This document shows positions 40,282-51,935 of a DNA stretch of 64,000 bases, one piece after another. Position numbers and translations under genes: made by a program. Source of the DNA: Felis catus (taxonomy: Eukaryota); assembly GCF_018350175.1 (NCBI RefSeq), contig NC_058368.1, positions 239,136,001 to 239,200,000 of the forward strand, given 5' to 3'. The notes under the pieces are model-generated. The model was not told the origin of the DNA. It saw only the letters and a program-made list of their open reading frames with translations, and searched no databases. Each line of letters opens with the position of its first letter. Position 1 is the first letter of the stretch.

Positions 40282-40591
40282 GGCCCAGCCGACCCGGGAG
40301 GCGGCAGGGGGCGCGCGCGCGCATCGCGTCCCCGAGGTCTGTCCAGGACTCCGTCCGCTCAGGGGTGCCCTGTGCCCTTCGAGGCCCCTGTGCTCCCCGC
40401 GGGAGCCCCAGACTCTACTCACCGCCCCCAGTCACGCGTCCCCACCCACCTGCTCCCTCGGAGGCAGAGCCGGCACCTGCGCTGCAGAGAAGGGGGGCCC
40501 AGGCTCCCCTCCCCTGCCCCCCCCCTCCTGCGGCCTCGGTCCTGCGGTAATGGCGAAGAATCAAAAGGACTAAAAAGTTTTATGAACTGTA

Positions 40592-40750
40592 GGGGCGCCT
40601 GGGCGGCTCGGTGGGGCAAGTGTGAGACTCCGGATTTCAGCTCAGGTCACCATCCCAAAGCTGGGGCGTTTGAGCCGGGCATGGACTCCACGCTGATTGG
40701 ATTCTCTCCCTCTCTCTCTCGCTCTTAAAATCAATAAACATTTTTTTCTT
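40592..40750 (+). mobile_element. Degenerate Can-SINE within the AHRR promoter CpG island
   Basis: ggggcgcctgggcggctcggtgggg...gatttcagctcaggtca...ctctctctcgctcttaaaatcaataaaca; flanks aagttttatgaact / aagttttacaaact. Confidence 0.8.
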
Positions 40751-43700
40751 AAGTTTTACAAACTATAAAATATTAAAATAATACGTTCGCCCTGAACTTT
40801 CCAGGAACGAACGGCCAGGTCGTTTGCGGATGTCCCAGTCCAGAACCCACCAGGCTGGGGCTCTGCTCAGCTCACCCGCACTCTGCAGGCGCCTATCTCC
40901 CCCTCCCCCTCCTCCCTGGGCCACGGGGCGGGCGGCTCCTTCTCGTCCACCCTGAAGGTCTGTGGCCCCCTCCCCTGCTCCACCAGGCGTCCTGACTTTG
41001 CACCACCCCCACACCCTCCAGGAGCCCGGCCTCACATCCTGTGGTCTCTGCCCAGCGTCTGAGGGGACACCAGAGACCCCAGCGCGCTCCGATGCTACCG
41101 TCCTCACCTGGCCCCATCCCAAGTCTAGTGCCTGGGTGGTCTCCAGGACCCACCCCTCACCCCAGCCCCACCGCTTTGCCACATCTAGTCCAGTAGAGGC
41201 TCCCCGTCCAGCCCCACAGCTGCAGCCAAAGGTATTTCTCTAGGCCCCACCAGGCTCTGAGCAAAATCCCAACTCCCCACACGCTCCCAAAGTCCTTCCC
41301 TTCGTAGACTCACTGCTGTGCTCTGAATGTGAGCCTCAGAACCCGTGCCTTCGCTGTCCCCTCGCAGAAATGCTCTTCTCCAGATACCCGCAGGGGAGCA
41401 GCCTGTTCCTGTGCCCTCAGAAGACCCACTCCATACCAAGGCCACCACTGTCCGTCTGCTCTCCCCGCTCCTTTCCTGGTGCACACCTGAAATTACCGCG
41501 GGTGACAGGTAAACTTGCAGCTCTATTGCGATATATCGTATTTCTAAGTAGCTAAACGCAGTAGTTGCACTTTGATCCAACAATTGTAACATGCATTGTG
41601 CACAGAGAAAAACTGAGGTTACAGGTGAACTGTAATTTTCTTTTAATTTCTACAATTCCTGAACATTTTTGCAGGAAGCATGTAGTACTTTTTTTTTTTT
41701 TTTTTTGGTTGTTATTCAATAAGCACACATGTGTATGATTTCCAGGGAGGGGGAGGGCACATCTTGGCAGAAGTCAGGTGGGTCCAGGACAATTGCGGGA
41801 CCCTCTCCCAGTTTGGACCTTTGTAGTAAGAGCTGGCACTCCCCCACCTGGGAAGACAACAGCTCCACACCCCCGGGGCTCCCTTTTAGCCTCGCTGTTC
41901 CCACACCATGAGGAACACCTCACTGCCACTTCCCAGGATGGGACCAGCACTGGTGATGCTGCACGGCCCCCGGTGCAGAGGAAAACCAGTGTCCAGCTCC
42001 CCCTCCTCCCCGGAGACTGCCCTTGGTGGGCATAAGCCACCCACTCCCAAGCAGTCCACACTTGTGAAGAGCCCACAGCAAAGACCATCCAGGCTCTGCC
42101 AATCACCTTGCCTGCATCATCGGCCTTCCCCCATCGGCCTTCACAGGTGCTATTCCCTCTGCTGCGAGGCTCTTCCCAGCTCGTCCTGGCCTGGCCTCAC
42201 TTCCCTCAGTGCCAAGTTACCTCTGGAGGCAGAAGCCACCCCTGTGTCCCTCACCACCTGGCATTGGGATTTGGGGGAAGGTGCAGGAACTCTCATCCAC
42301 CTTGTACCTGGCTGCAGCCCCAGAGCTGAGAACCACCCACTATGGGGACAGAAAAGAGGACGGGGGAGGGGAGAAGAGGGCCAATTTACCACAGTTTATT
42401 TCCTGACATATTTACTGTAATTTATTTCCTTTCTTGTACAGCCTCTCCCCACTCCCAACCCCCCCCCCCCAGCCCTAACTGAACATGACTCATTTGCTTG
42501 GTTTTCTTTGAAGCAACTGTCCTCCACATCCTTCAGCAGCTCTGAAAATGCGCCTTCCGCAGAGTCCGTGAGTCGGATCACGCTCCACGTGGGCAGCTCT
42601 GCCATCACCCCTCATCCTGGCTCCTTTCGACTTGTCCTCATGCCAGTTATTTCCCAAATTCCAGCCCTTCCTCTTGGTCTGTTCACTCAGCTTCCTGGAA
42701 CGTGTCTTCTAGGAGTGTCCTAGTTAAAGGAACGCGGGAGGAAAAGGTCTTGAAAACTCTGTCTTTACAGCAAGTAGCAGAATTCAAAGTGGACACAACC
42801 TTCCCTTGTGCTGTCCCTGCCGTGCGGCCAGTCCCTTCAAGTCTCAGGGTCACCTGTCTTCCTCTGAGACAGTAAGGGTCTCCTTGTCCCTGGGCTCTGA
42901 TGCTCTTAAGCATGGCCTTGTCCATCTGGAGTGTCCTTCCAAAGTAGCCCTACCTCCTTTAGTTCTGGAAAATGGCCCCATTTTTGTTTTGAAATTTTCC
43001 TCCCTAGTTTTTTTTTTTTTTTCCCTGTTCTTCAGCCTTTTCCCTTCCAGATAGTCTATTTTTAACCTCTAAGATTTCTCATTTTGTTTTCTTTCTTATA
43101 GAATTTCAGTAAAACCTTGGATTGCAAGTAACTTATTCTGTAAGTGTTCTGCAAGAAGAACAAACATATCTAGTAAGTTTTAACTTGATAAATGAACAAG
43201 TCTTCAGATATGAGGAGTACGTGACACCGAACGCCACATCACATCGCAGCCGAGCCAATTGTTCCCTCTCTTTCTCAACGGGATTGTGGATGCCTGTCTC
43301 CCATGTGCAGTCTCAGGCCACAGTGTTTGGCAGAAATCAGTGATTTTTCAGAACATTGGAAGGTGCCCACAACCGGCACTGGTGTATTTTTGTCACTTCA
43401 AAGCACCCGTGGACAGTCCTTTGCTTTTCCAGACAAGAGTGAGCCTAGGAATGCTTTGCTTCATTCTAGGTCAGGCTGCCTGCAGACATAGACCCTCTCC
43501 TCTGCTGCCTCATTGCCAGTTCCATTACATGCAGTCTATGACAGGAGGTTATTAATGCCGTAGTCAACATCTGTGTGAACATACACAATGGCCCCACACA
43601 GGGAAAGGCTGAAAAGAAAGGTGGTGGGAGATGATTACAGTGGAAGAAGGAAATCGAGACATACGAACGAGGTATGTGATTGGCTGAAACTGCAAGATTT

Positions 43701-44466
43701 TATAAGAAGTCTACATTGACCATTTGCACGATACTAAAGAAGAAAGAACAAATAAGGGAGCCAAATGCAGCAAAAGGAGTTATGAGAACACCAAAGCCAC
43801 GGCCACATGTTCTGGAAGATGTAGAAAAGTTGCTTCTGGTTTGGGTAAATGAGAAGCGACCAGCAGGTGACACTGTGAACGAGAACTTTATCTGCGAGAA
43901 GGCAAAGGCCTTGTACACCGACCTCGTAAGTAAACTGCCAGGTACGTCAACAGAAAACGAAGGCGGCTTCAAAGCAAGCAGGGGATGCTTTGATAACTTT
44001 AAGAGAAGTGGCATCCATAGTGTTGTGAGGCACAGAGAGGCTACGAGTTCAGATGCTAAGGCAGCGGAGGTGTTTGCTACCGAGTTCCAGAAGCTCATGG
44101 CTTCTGAGTGTTACCTGCCGGAGCAAGTTTTTAACTGTGATGCGACGGGGCTGTTTTGGAAAGAGATACCAAAGAGGATGTACATTACAGAAGAAGACAA
44201 TGCAGTGCCCGGTCACAGGCCCGTGAAAGACCGTCTCACCCTCTTGTTTTGTGCTGGTGCAAGTGGGGATTTCAAAGTCAAGCCCCGCTCGTGTATCATT
44301 CCGAGAATCTACGAGCCTTCAGGAAATGCAAGGTGCAGAAGAGCCAGTTAAATGCCATGTGTGGGTCCAACAGCAAGGCTTGGGACACACGTATCTTGTT
44401 CATTGAGTGGATCAATGAGGTCTTTGGTCCGGCAGTGAAGAAATACCTTTTAGAAAAGAATCCACC

Positions 44467-45333
44467 TGGGAATGCAAGCTGGTACAGCCACTCTGGAAAA
44501 CAGTAAGTATGGAGGTCCCTCAAAAAACTAAAAATAGAACTACCCTATGACCCAGCAATGGCACTACTAGGCATTTATCCACGGGATCCAGGTGTGCTGT
44601 TTTGAAGGGACACATGCACCCCCATGTTTATAGCAGCACTATCGACAAGAGCCAAAGTATGGAAAGAGCCCAAATGTCCATCGATGGATGAATGGATAAA
44701 GAAGATGTGGTAGATATACACAGTGGAGTACTGCTTGGCAATCAAAAAGAATGAAATCTTGGGGCGCCTGGGTGGCTCAGTCGGTTGAGCGTCCGACTTT
44801 GGCTCAGGTCATGACCTTGCAGTTCATGAATTCGAGCCCCGCATTGGGCTCTGTGCTGACAGCTCAGAGCCTGGAGCCTGCTTCGGATTCCGTGCCTCCC
44901 TCTCTCACTACCCGTCCCCCACTCTCTCTTGCTCTCTTTCAAAAATAAATAAACATTAAAAAATTAAAAAAAAAAAGAATGAAATCTTGCCATTTGCAAC
45001 CACGTGGATGGAACTGGAGGGTATTAGGCTAAGTGAAATTAATCAGAGAAAGACAAAAATCATATGACTTCCCTCATATGAGGACTTTAAGAGAAAAAAC
45101 AGATGAACATAAGAGAAGGGAAACAAAAATAATATAAAAACAGGGAGGGGGACAAAACATAAGAGACTCTGAATATGGAGAACAAACAGGGTTACTGGAG
45201 GGGTCGTGGGGGGGGGGGATGGGCTAAATGGGTAAGGGGCACTAAGGAATCTACTCCTGAAATCATTGTTGCACTATATGCTAACTAATTTGGATGTAAA
45301 TTTTAAAAAATAAAAAATAAAATTAAAAAAAAA
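44467..45333 (+). mobile_element. 5'-truncated carnivore L1 (ORF2 end, 3' UTR, A-tail) inserted in the Tigger
   Basis: L1 3' sequence (tgggaatgcaagctggtacagccactctggaaaacag...tatatgctaactaatttggatgtaaa) with an A-rich tail. 15-bp TSD AGAAAAGAATC(C/T)ACC at 44452-44466 and 45334-45348. Confidence 0.92.
44761..44971 (+). mobile_element. Felid-type Can-SINE nested in the L1
   Basis: ggggcgcctgggtggctcagtcggttgagcgtccgact head, CT-rich region and A-tail. TSD AAAAAGAATGAAATCTT at 44744-44760 and 44972-44988. Confidence 0.95.
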
Positions 45334-47139
45334 AGAAAAGAATCTACCACCCAAAGCCTTGCTGGTTATGGGTAATGCCGCAGCTTAGCCTCCAGGCTTT
45401 GAGGACAACTTACTGGAGGAATTTGAGTTCATTAAGGTCAAATTCCTTCCTCCCAACACCACTCCAGTCCTCCAGCCCATGGATCAGCAAGTCATTTCAA
45501 ACTTTAAAAGGCTTTACACCAAAGCACTATTCAGCGATGCTTCATGTGACTGAAGGAACAAACCTCACCGTCCGAGAGTTTTGGAAAAATCATTTCCACA
45601 CTGTGAATTGCCCCAAGATCATCGATAAAGCCTGGGATGGGGGCACTGAGAGAACCCTCAGTTCTGCTTGGAGAAACCCGTGGCCTGGGTACATTCTTGG
45701 ACCTGACTTAGAGGGGCTTGCTCATGAACAGCAGCCGCCAGTTGTCGATGAAACTGTGTCCTTGGGGAAGACCAGGGGACTGGAGGTGAATGAGGACGAC
45801 ATTCAGGAACCGGTGGAGGAGCATGGCCAGGAGCCGACCACCAACGAACTGATGAATCTGCATCGCGAGCAAGAGCTAGAGGTTATGGGGGAGATCTCGT
45901 CTGCAGGGGAGGAGGAGAAAAAGGCCGAGGAATCCCTCGCTTCAAATGAGATCAAGGAGATGTATAAAATGCGGGAAACAGTGCAAAATTCTGTAGAAAA
46001 GCACCACGCGAACAAGGCTGTAGCAGTGCGAGCAATGAATCTGTTTAACAATGCAATGTCACATTTCCGCGAAATCCTCAAAAGGAGGCAGAAGCAAGTG
46101 TCATTGGATAGGTTCCTTGTTAAAGGTGCACAAAAAGAAAAGGATTCCACTGAGCCAACAGATAGGGATTCCATTAGTGAGAGTGGAAGTAGTTCTTCCA
46201 ATAACCCTCCTCTCTCGTTTCCCTCACACCAGCCACGAAGATTTTCAAAGGTAAGTGTTAGTTTACTTTTCTATTTTGTATTTTCTTTATTATTTTGTAT
46301 ATTACAGTATTGTGATCATTTTTATATGAATGCTTTGGGGTTGTGGAACAAATCATCTGAGTTTCCATTATTTCTCACGAGGAAATTTGCTTTGATATAC
46401 AAGTGTTTTGGATTACAAGCATGTTTCCAGAACGAATTATGTTTGCAAACCAAGCTTATAGTTCTTTTTTAAATGGATGCAGTATCTTTGGTCATCTCTC
46501 AGATACTGGCTGTAAATTGGGTTCTAAGATGTTTCTTCTGGTTCCTGAGTTGCTTCTTTTACAAATGTCAAGTGAACTTTCTTTGCTTCCTACAAGAGTG
46601 AGGCTCTGCCCTAATTAGACATGTTCTCAAGTGGTGAGTTTCTCTGACTTCCTGCGCTGGGACAGAGGGGCTTGCCCTGCAGGAAGCCTTCCCTTGTCCC
46701 CCTGCCTACGTCCCACTCCCCTTCACTGGCACTGCCCTCCTGTACCATCCTGCACTCTGTAGGAACGAGGAGCTTCTCCCTGGAACTTGGGGCCAGGAGT
46801 CTCCCGCACCATCAGACCCTGAAGCTTTGTTTCCCTCTCTGGTTCTTTGTATTGTTTGAAGGCAATTTCAAGAGGAACTTTGCTATCTTAAAACCCTCTG
46901 AATTGTGAGCAGAAATGATCCTTTTTTAAACAAGGTGAAGCCCAGTCTGGCTGGCCTGTAGTGTCATCTGGTGGGAAGGATGGACAGGGTCAGATGTGCC
47001 CTCCCACTCCCCATGTCCATGCATGAAAGAGCATGGTCTAGGGTGCCCTCTGTCCAAACTGAAGCCTAACCACCACTTATCATGTGACCTTGGCCAAATT
47101 ATGGGCCTCCTCTGTCTCCAATTTTTATCAATGAAGAGA

Positions 47140-47286
47140 TAAGTATAGACAAATGGAAGAATAGAGTACAGAGAAATTAACCCTCATATACATGGTCAAT
47201 TGAGGTTTGACAAGGGTGCAAAGACCATTAAATGGGGAAGGACAGTCTTGCCAGCAAATGGTGGTAAGGAAAATGGATAGGCACAT

Positions 47287-47321
<35 letters not shown>

Positions 47322-48200
47322 AGACCCTTACCTAACTCCATACATCTATTTCAAAATCAATCTAAGATTTGAAATAAGCGAGAAAACATTTAGAAGAAAA
47401 CAGGAGAAAAGCCTCATGACACTGACATTTCTCCAAAGACAAATGAACAGCCAATAGCACATGAAAAGATGCTCCACATCACTGATCGTTAGGGAAATGC
47501 AAGTGGAAACCAAGAGGGGATGTCACCTCACACCCATTAGGGTGACTATTAACAAAAATTAACAACTCTTGGCGAGGACGTGGAGAAATGAGAATCTTGT
47601 GCACTACTGGGAAGAATGTGAAATGGGTAGCTGCTATAAAAAATGGTATGGAAGTTCCTCAGACAAGTCCACACAGAATTACCATGTAATCTACCATTCT
47701 GGGTACATAACCAGACGTCTGACGAAGAACTGAAAGCAGTGACCTTAAGAGAGAGTTGTGTACCAATGTTCATAATTCAACCACCAAAACGTGGAAACAG
47801 GCCTGTCCATCAACACATGAATAGGTGTGCAAAATGTGGGGTTTCCATTCCATTTCCATAATAACACTAGAATATTATTCAGCCTAGAAAGGGAATTCTG
47901 ACACCTATGATGTGGATGACCCTCGGAGTTATGATGCTCAGTTAAATAAGCCAAGCACAAAAAGCCAAATACTGCCACTGAGATGAGGTCCCAAGAGGAG
48001 TCAAATCCATAGATGTGGAGTAACATGGTGGGTGCCAGGGCTGGGAGTTAGGGTTTAATGGGGACAAAGTTTCAGTTTGGAAAGAGGAGTTCTGGAGACG
48101 GATGGGAGTGATGGCTGCACAGCACTGTGAATGTTCTTAATGCCACTGAACTGTACTCTTAAAACTGTAAAAATGTAAGTTTTGTTGCTATATATATTTT
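47140..48200 (+). mobile_element. Old L1 3' region with internal poly-A (47288-47318)
   Basis: tttgacaagggtgcaaagaccatt, atgaaaagatgctccacatcactgatcgttagggaaatgcaa, cttaatgccactgaactgtactcttaaaa. Confidence 0.8.
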
Positions 48201-49719
48201 AACACATATACACACAAGAGGGAAGAATCCCCAGCTTTACCCATTTACCCACCAGGTATGTATGGTCCAGCTTTAGAGGCAGACACGGGCCAGACACCTG
48301 GAGCCTCTACTCTAGTGGGCGTCAGACACTGGCCAATCATACACGCACTTACACACACTTACTCACATGTGCGACCGTGAGTAATGCTATGGAGAAGCTG
48401 TGGACCCCAGGTTACTCCTGGGCCCACCTCTGTCGGGTGATGTGAGGGTGAGGGATGAGGGGGGCCCACGCTGCCCAGCAGGACAGCCCCCCTGCCTGGG
48501 GGACCTGAGGGGTTCAGGTGACAGGAGGATCCACGGGGACTGCTCAGCAACACAGGAGGGAGGGCGCATCTGCTCGCCTGCAGCCCCTCCCCTCCCCAGG
48601 AGGGGCCTCAATCCTCACCCACCCTGCGGAGGCCCTCCTCTGTCCCCAGACCCCCACCTGCTTTCCTCCTCGACCAGGCTCCTCTGGACTGACACAAGTG
48701 GCTCTCCCAGTTGGCTAGGTTAACTTTAGTGTGACCATAGCCGTGGCCACAAGTCAGGCCTTTCTGACCATTCCTGGATTATTTTCTTCACAAAGAGCCC
48801 AAGGCTAAAGCTGGCTGAGAATCCGGTGTCTCCAGCAGGTTCTTCGTCTTCCTGCAAGTCAAGTCAAGAGCTGGGTCATCAACACACCATTCAAATGGCA
48901 AGAGAGGGAGTATGTGAGAGTAGGTGATCAAGGGCCCAGGGAAGGGGGAACAGGGGAGTGCAGGCTGGGGACAGGGAATAAGGCATGGGAGGTGAGGGAG
49001 GAGGGCACATGGGGACAGAGGACAAGTGATCAGGTATTGCGGGTGGCTGTGGCAGCTGACCTGGCCTCATGGAGGCCGTCTTCCCCAGGGGAGCTCTGCC
49101 TGCCCATCCCAAACACCCATGTCTAAGTGGACCCAGGGCACACAGCTTAAGCAAAGTAGTAAGTGAAAAGCTGCCTAAGTCTTTGTTCACAACTTTCCAG
49201 GACAGGTGTTGCTGCCCTCAGACCTTAAGCCCCACTCACTCCAGTTTCTCTGCTGCTTCTGTTAATTCTGTGCTGGCGTGTCCTTGGGCACGCGATGGGT
49301 CATGCTGTGGAGGAGCCATCCAGGGCAGGCGTCCCTGCCTGGCGTGACTGCACTGCCCCCGTGTGGCCGAATGACGGCTCTCGGAGCTGGGTTTGGCTCC
49401 CGGCGCAGGGAACCATGTGGGTGCAGCGCATCGAAGGGAGTTTCCGCACACCCTGATGGGGCGGCCTGGGCAGGGCTGGGGCCCTCAGGACCATCTGCTC
49501 CCTTCAAGTAGCCTGGACTCCCCAGCGGACCTCCGGCCCCTTAAGCCCCACTGCCTCTAGGCCTTCTGGAAACACAGCCACATACCCACCACCACCCCCA
49601 ACGCACCAAAGCCTTGACTGGCCACCCAAGTCCCCGGTGACCACCACCTCCCAAACTGCCCACTCCTCAATGTGCCTCTGCTGACCAAGCCCTTGCCTCC
49701 CACTGGGAGGGCTGGGGCC

Positions 49720-49932
49720 ACATCTGTTTCTGTACCACACACCTGACTGAGTCCATCGGGCCAAACACCCGAGAGCATCTATAGCACACACCTGAGAGCG
49801 TCTGTACCGCAGACGAGTGCTTCTGTACCACGCACCTGAATTTACCTGTATCACACCTGAGTACATCTGCGCCAAACACGATATCCGCACCATACCTGAG
49901 TAGCACACACCTGTGCATCTGTACCATGCACT
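49720..49932. repeat. Degenerate tandem repeat (tctgtaccacacacctgag-like units)
   Basis: Recurring tctgtacca / cacacctga / catct motifs, about 7-8 copies. Confidence 0.7.
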
Positions 49933-51349
49933 GTTTGTCTTCCCCACACCATTTGCATTAGTGCAACAGCCCTTCCTTGCACCGATGGAAGAGGAGACCC
50001 TTACCCATCCTCAATGAGACCTTTTCTTTGTAAAATTCTGCATACCTTTCTTTCCCTTCCCTGAATCGGGGGTACAGAACTCATGACACATTTACAGTTC
50101 CCTCTGTGGCTGAGAACAGAGTGAGAGAACAGGCCTCTTGGGGTCTGCTGTCTGGCCTCCATGAAGCTTAAATATCACCTGTGTACTGGGGGCAGGTGCC
50201 TCACCAAGGCCAGATCGAGGGGGGTCCAGGTGCGGGGAAGGGGGTGATGTGGGTGGACGGGCAAAGCTAACATGTGGAGCACAGGGGCTCCCATGTGCAC
50301 AGGACAGAGTACAGTGAGGCTGAGAGACAGCCACACAGGCCGCCCTCACTCCAAGCCTGGGGTCTTTGAAGGCCTGCGGCAAGAAAGAAATAAGGCACGT
50401 CTTGGGACCATGGTGTGGGGAGGGGAGGCAGGCAGGCAGGCAGCAGAGGTTACCCCATGGCTGGGGAGTGAGGGCATAGGGTTTATTAGCTGGGAGACAC
50501 GGAGTCCAAGATGTCTACGAGAACCCAGAGAGAGAACACCTGGATGTGTGGGCCATGGGTCTGAAAGCCTCTTGGAGTCAGGAATTTGGGGTCAGAGGAC
50601 TGAGCTGACTGAAACAGAACCTGGGGTCGTGTGCTGATGCTGCACCGTGAGCATGTTGATGTCCGGAGAGGCACCCAACATGGAAAGTGGTAGAAATCCC
50701 AAAGACCCTGCTACCCACCCTGAGCTCACAAGGCCAGTCTATGAGCCCAGAGATTCTTTAGCCCAACCCCACATATTGTGGTCAGTGGTGTTCTGACCTC
50801 TGCAATCTGGTGCCACAGATAAACCCAAAAAGGGCCCCCTCTCAACCAACACGAGCCCCCAACATACCCCTGTGGGACACCAACTTCTGATGTCCCAGAC
50901 CCATTTATAAATCACTACTGCCCATCTGAATGTCTTCACAACCCCCACCCCAAATTCTGGCTTGGGGCAGCACACTTAGAGGGAAGGGGCAGAAAGCAGG
51001 CTCCGATGACTCTGACAGGCGCAGGATGAGTGCCCCCCCGGGAATGGCCGTGTGCCGACAGCAGGTGACGTGGGCGACCATCCCAGCTGTCTGCACCCCG
51101 CTTTCATGTTCAAAAACCACAGTTAACAGATCCTCGCAGGGCAGGACTGAATCACTGTAAGTGACAGAAACCCACACGCTTCCAGACCAAATTTGGATTT
51201 CTATGTCCAAAGAAGTTTTATGAAATTTAAACTAACTCCTGTCACAGAGGACAGTGGTCTCCTTGGATTCCATTAGCAGAGTCAGGTGGACGCCCCAGAA
51301 AGGGTCCTGGACCTCTGGGAGCTCCCACGTGAGTATATCTGAGCCGTCT

Positions 51350-51818
51350 GGGACCGGGTGCGCATTTGCTTTATTGCTTATGTTGCATATTCAAACAAAT
51401 ACAATAAACCCTGTTTTAAAAATGTAAGGCACATAAAAGCCTCTGTGCAAGTTCTCTATTATTTTTAAATTCTTACTGGCTACTAAAAGTATTTCCACTA
51501 TAGAACTGGAGCTATCTAGAAATGCACATGATGAATTTTTTGCATGCAAGACACTTGAAACATTATTATATCTTACCTCATGGCACAATTGAACAGTCTC
51601 AAATCAAATGTTTGTATGTGAGTTATAACTATTGTTACATTTGCAAAAATCTTAATCAGCTTATCCACATATGTACAGTCAGGTCCCCAAATGTTAATTA
51701 TATAAAATCTAAAGAAAGAACAGTATCTAGCTGCATTTGTGTTCCGTTTCTTTAAAGGGTGATTTGGCATTTTTAGTCTTCCTTCCGTAAGTCATGCTGT
51801 TATTTGCACAGGCCAGTG
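51350..51818 (-). other. PDCD6: PDCD6 3' UTR (AU-rich, ~450-470 nt; 3' end approximate)
   Basis: AT-rich block between the TGA and an AATAAA on the minus strand; composition changes back to GC-rich beyond ~51350. Confidence 0.75.
51370..51375 (-). terminator. PDCD6: PDCD6 polyadenylation signal AATAAA
   Basis: Plus-strand tttatt at 51370-51375 = AATAAA on minus, ~445 nt after the stop, at the end of the AU-rich UTR. Confidence 0.75.

Positions 51819-51935
<117 letters not shown>

Larger units (their letters stand above)
39600..41100. promoter_or_regulatory. AHRR: CpG island, probable AHRR promoter (core ~39960-40620)
   Basis: Very high GC and CpG density (e.g. gcgcgcgcgcgc, cggccgcggc), tandem GC boxes, an XRE and a strong minus-strand donor, ~10 kb upstream of the first coding exon. 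Confidence 0.85.
43107..46462 (+). mobile_element. Near full-length Tigger/pogo-family DNA transposon (~2.47 kb after removing the inserted L1+SINE); decayed transposase
   Basis: CENP-B-like HTH (LEDVEKLLLVWVNEKR...ICEKAKAL, GFKASRGCFDNFKR) and DDE motifs (VFNCDATGLFWK, KDRLTLLFC, FLPPNTTPVLQPMDQQVI) in ORFs 43680..44351, 44156..44506 and 45375..46472. Imperfect TIRs: cagtaaaaccttggattgcaa on the left, ttgcaaaccaagcttatag on the right. Confidence 0.92.

Noticed and set aside
39696..40728. 284-aa and 254-aa ORFs
   Set aside because: By-products of CpG-island composition; low complexity and no domain.
45375..46472. 365-aa ORF as a domesticated TIGD/CENP-B-like gene
   Set aside because: It is a frameshifted transposase tail running into the TIR. 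The element is split by an L1, has an in-frame stop and has lost a catalytic Asp.
51403..51408. AATAAA on the plus strand inside the PDCD6 3' UTR
   Set aside because: Wrong strand for PDCD6 and no evidence of a convergent plus-strand gene.
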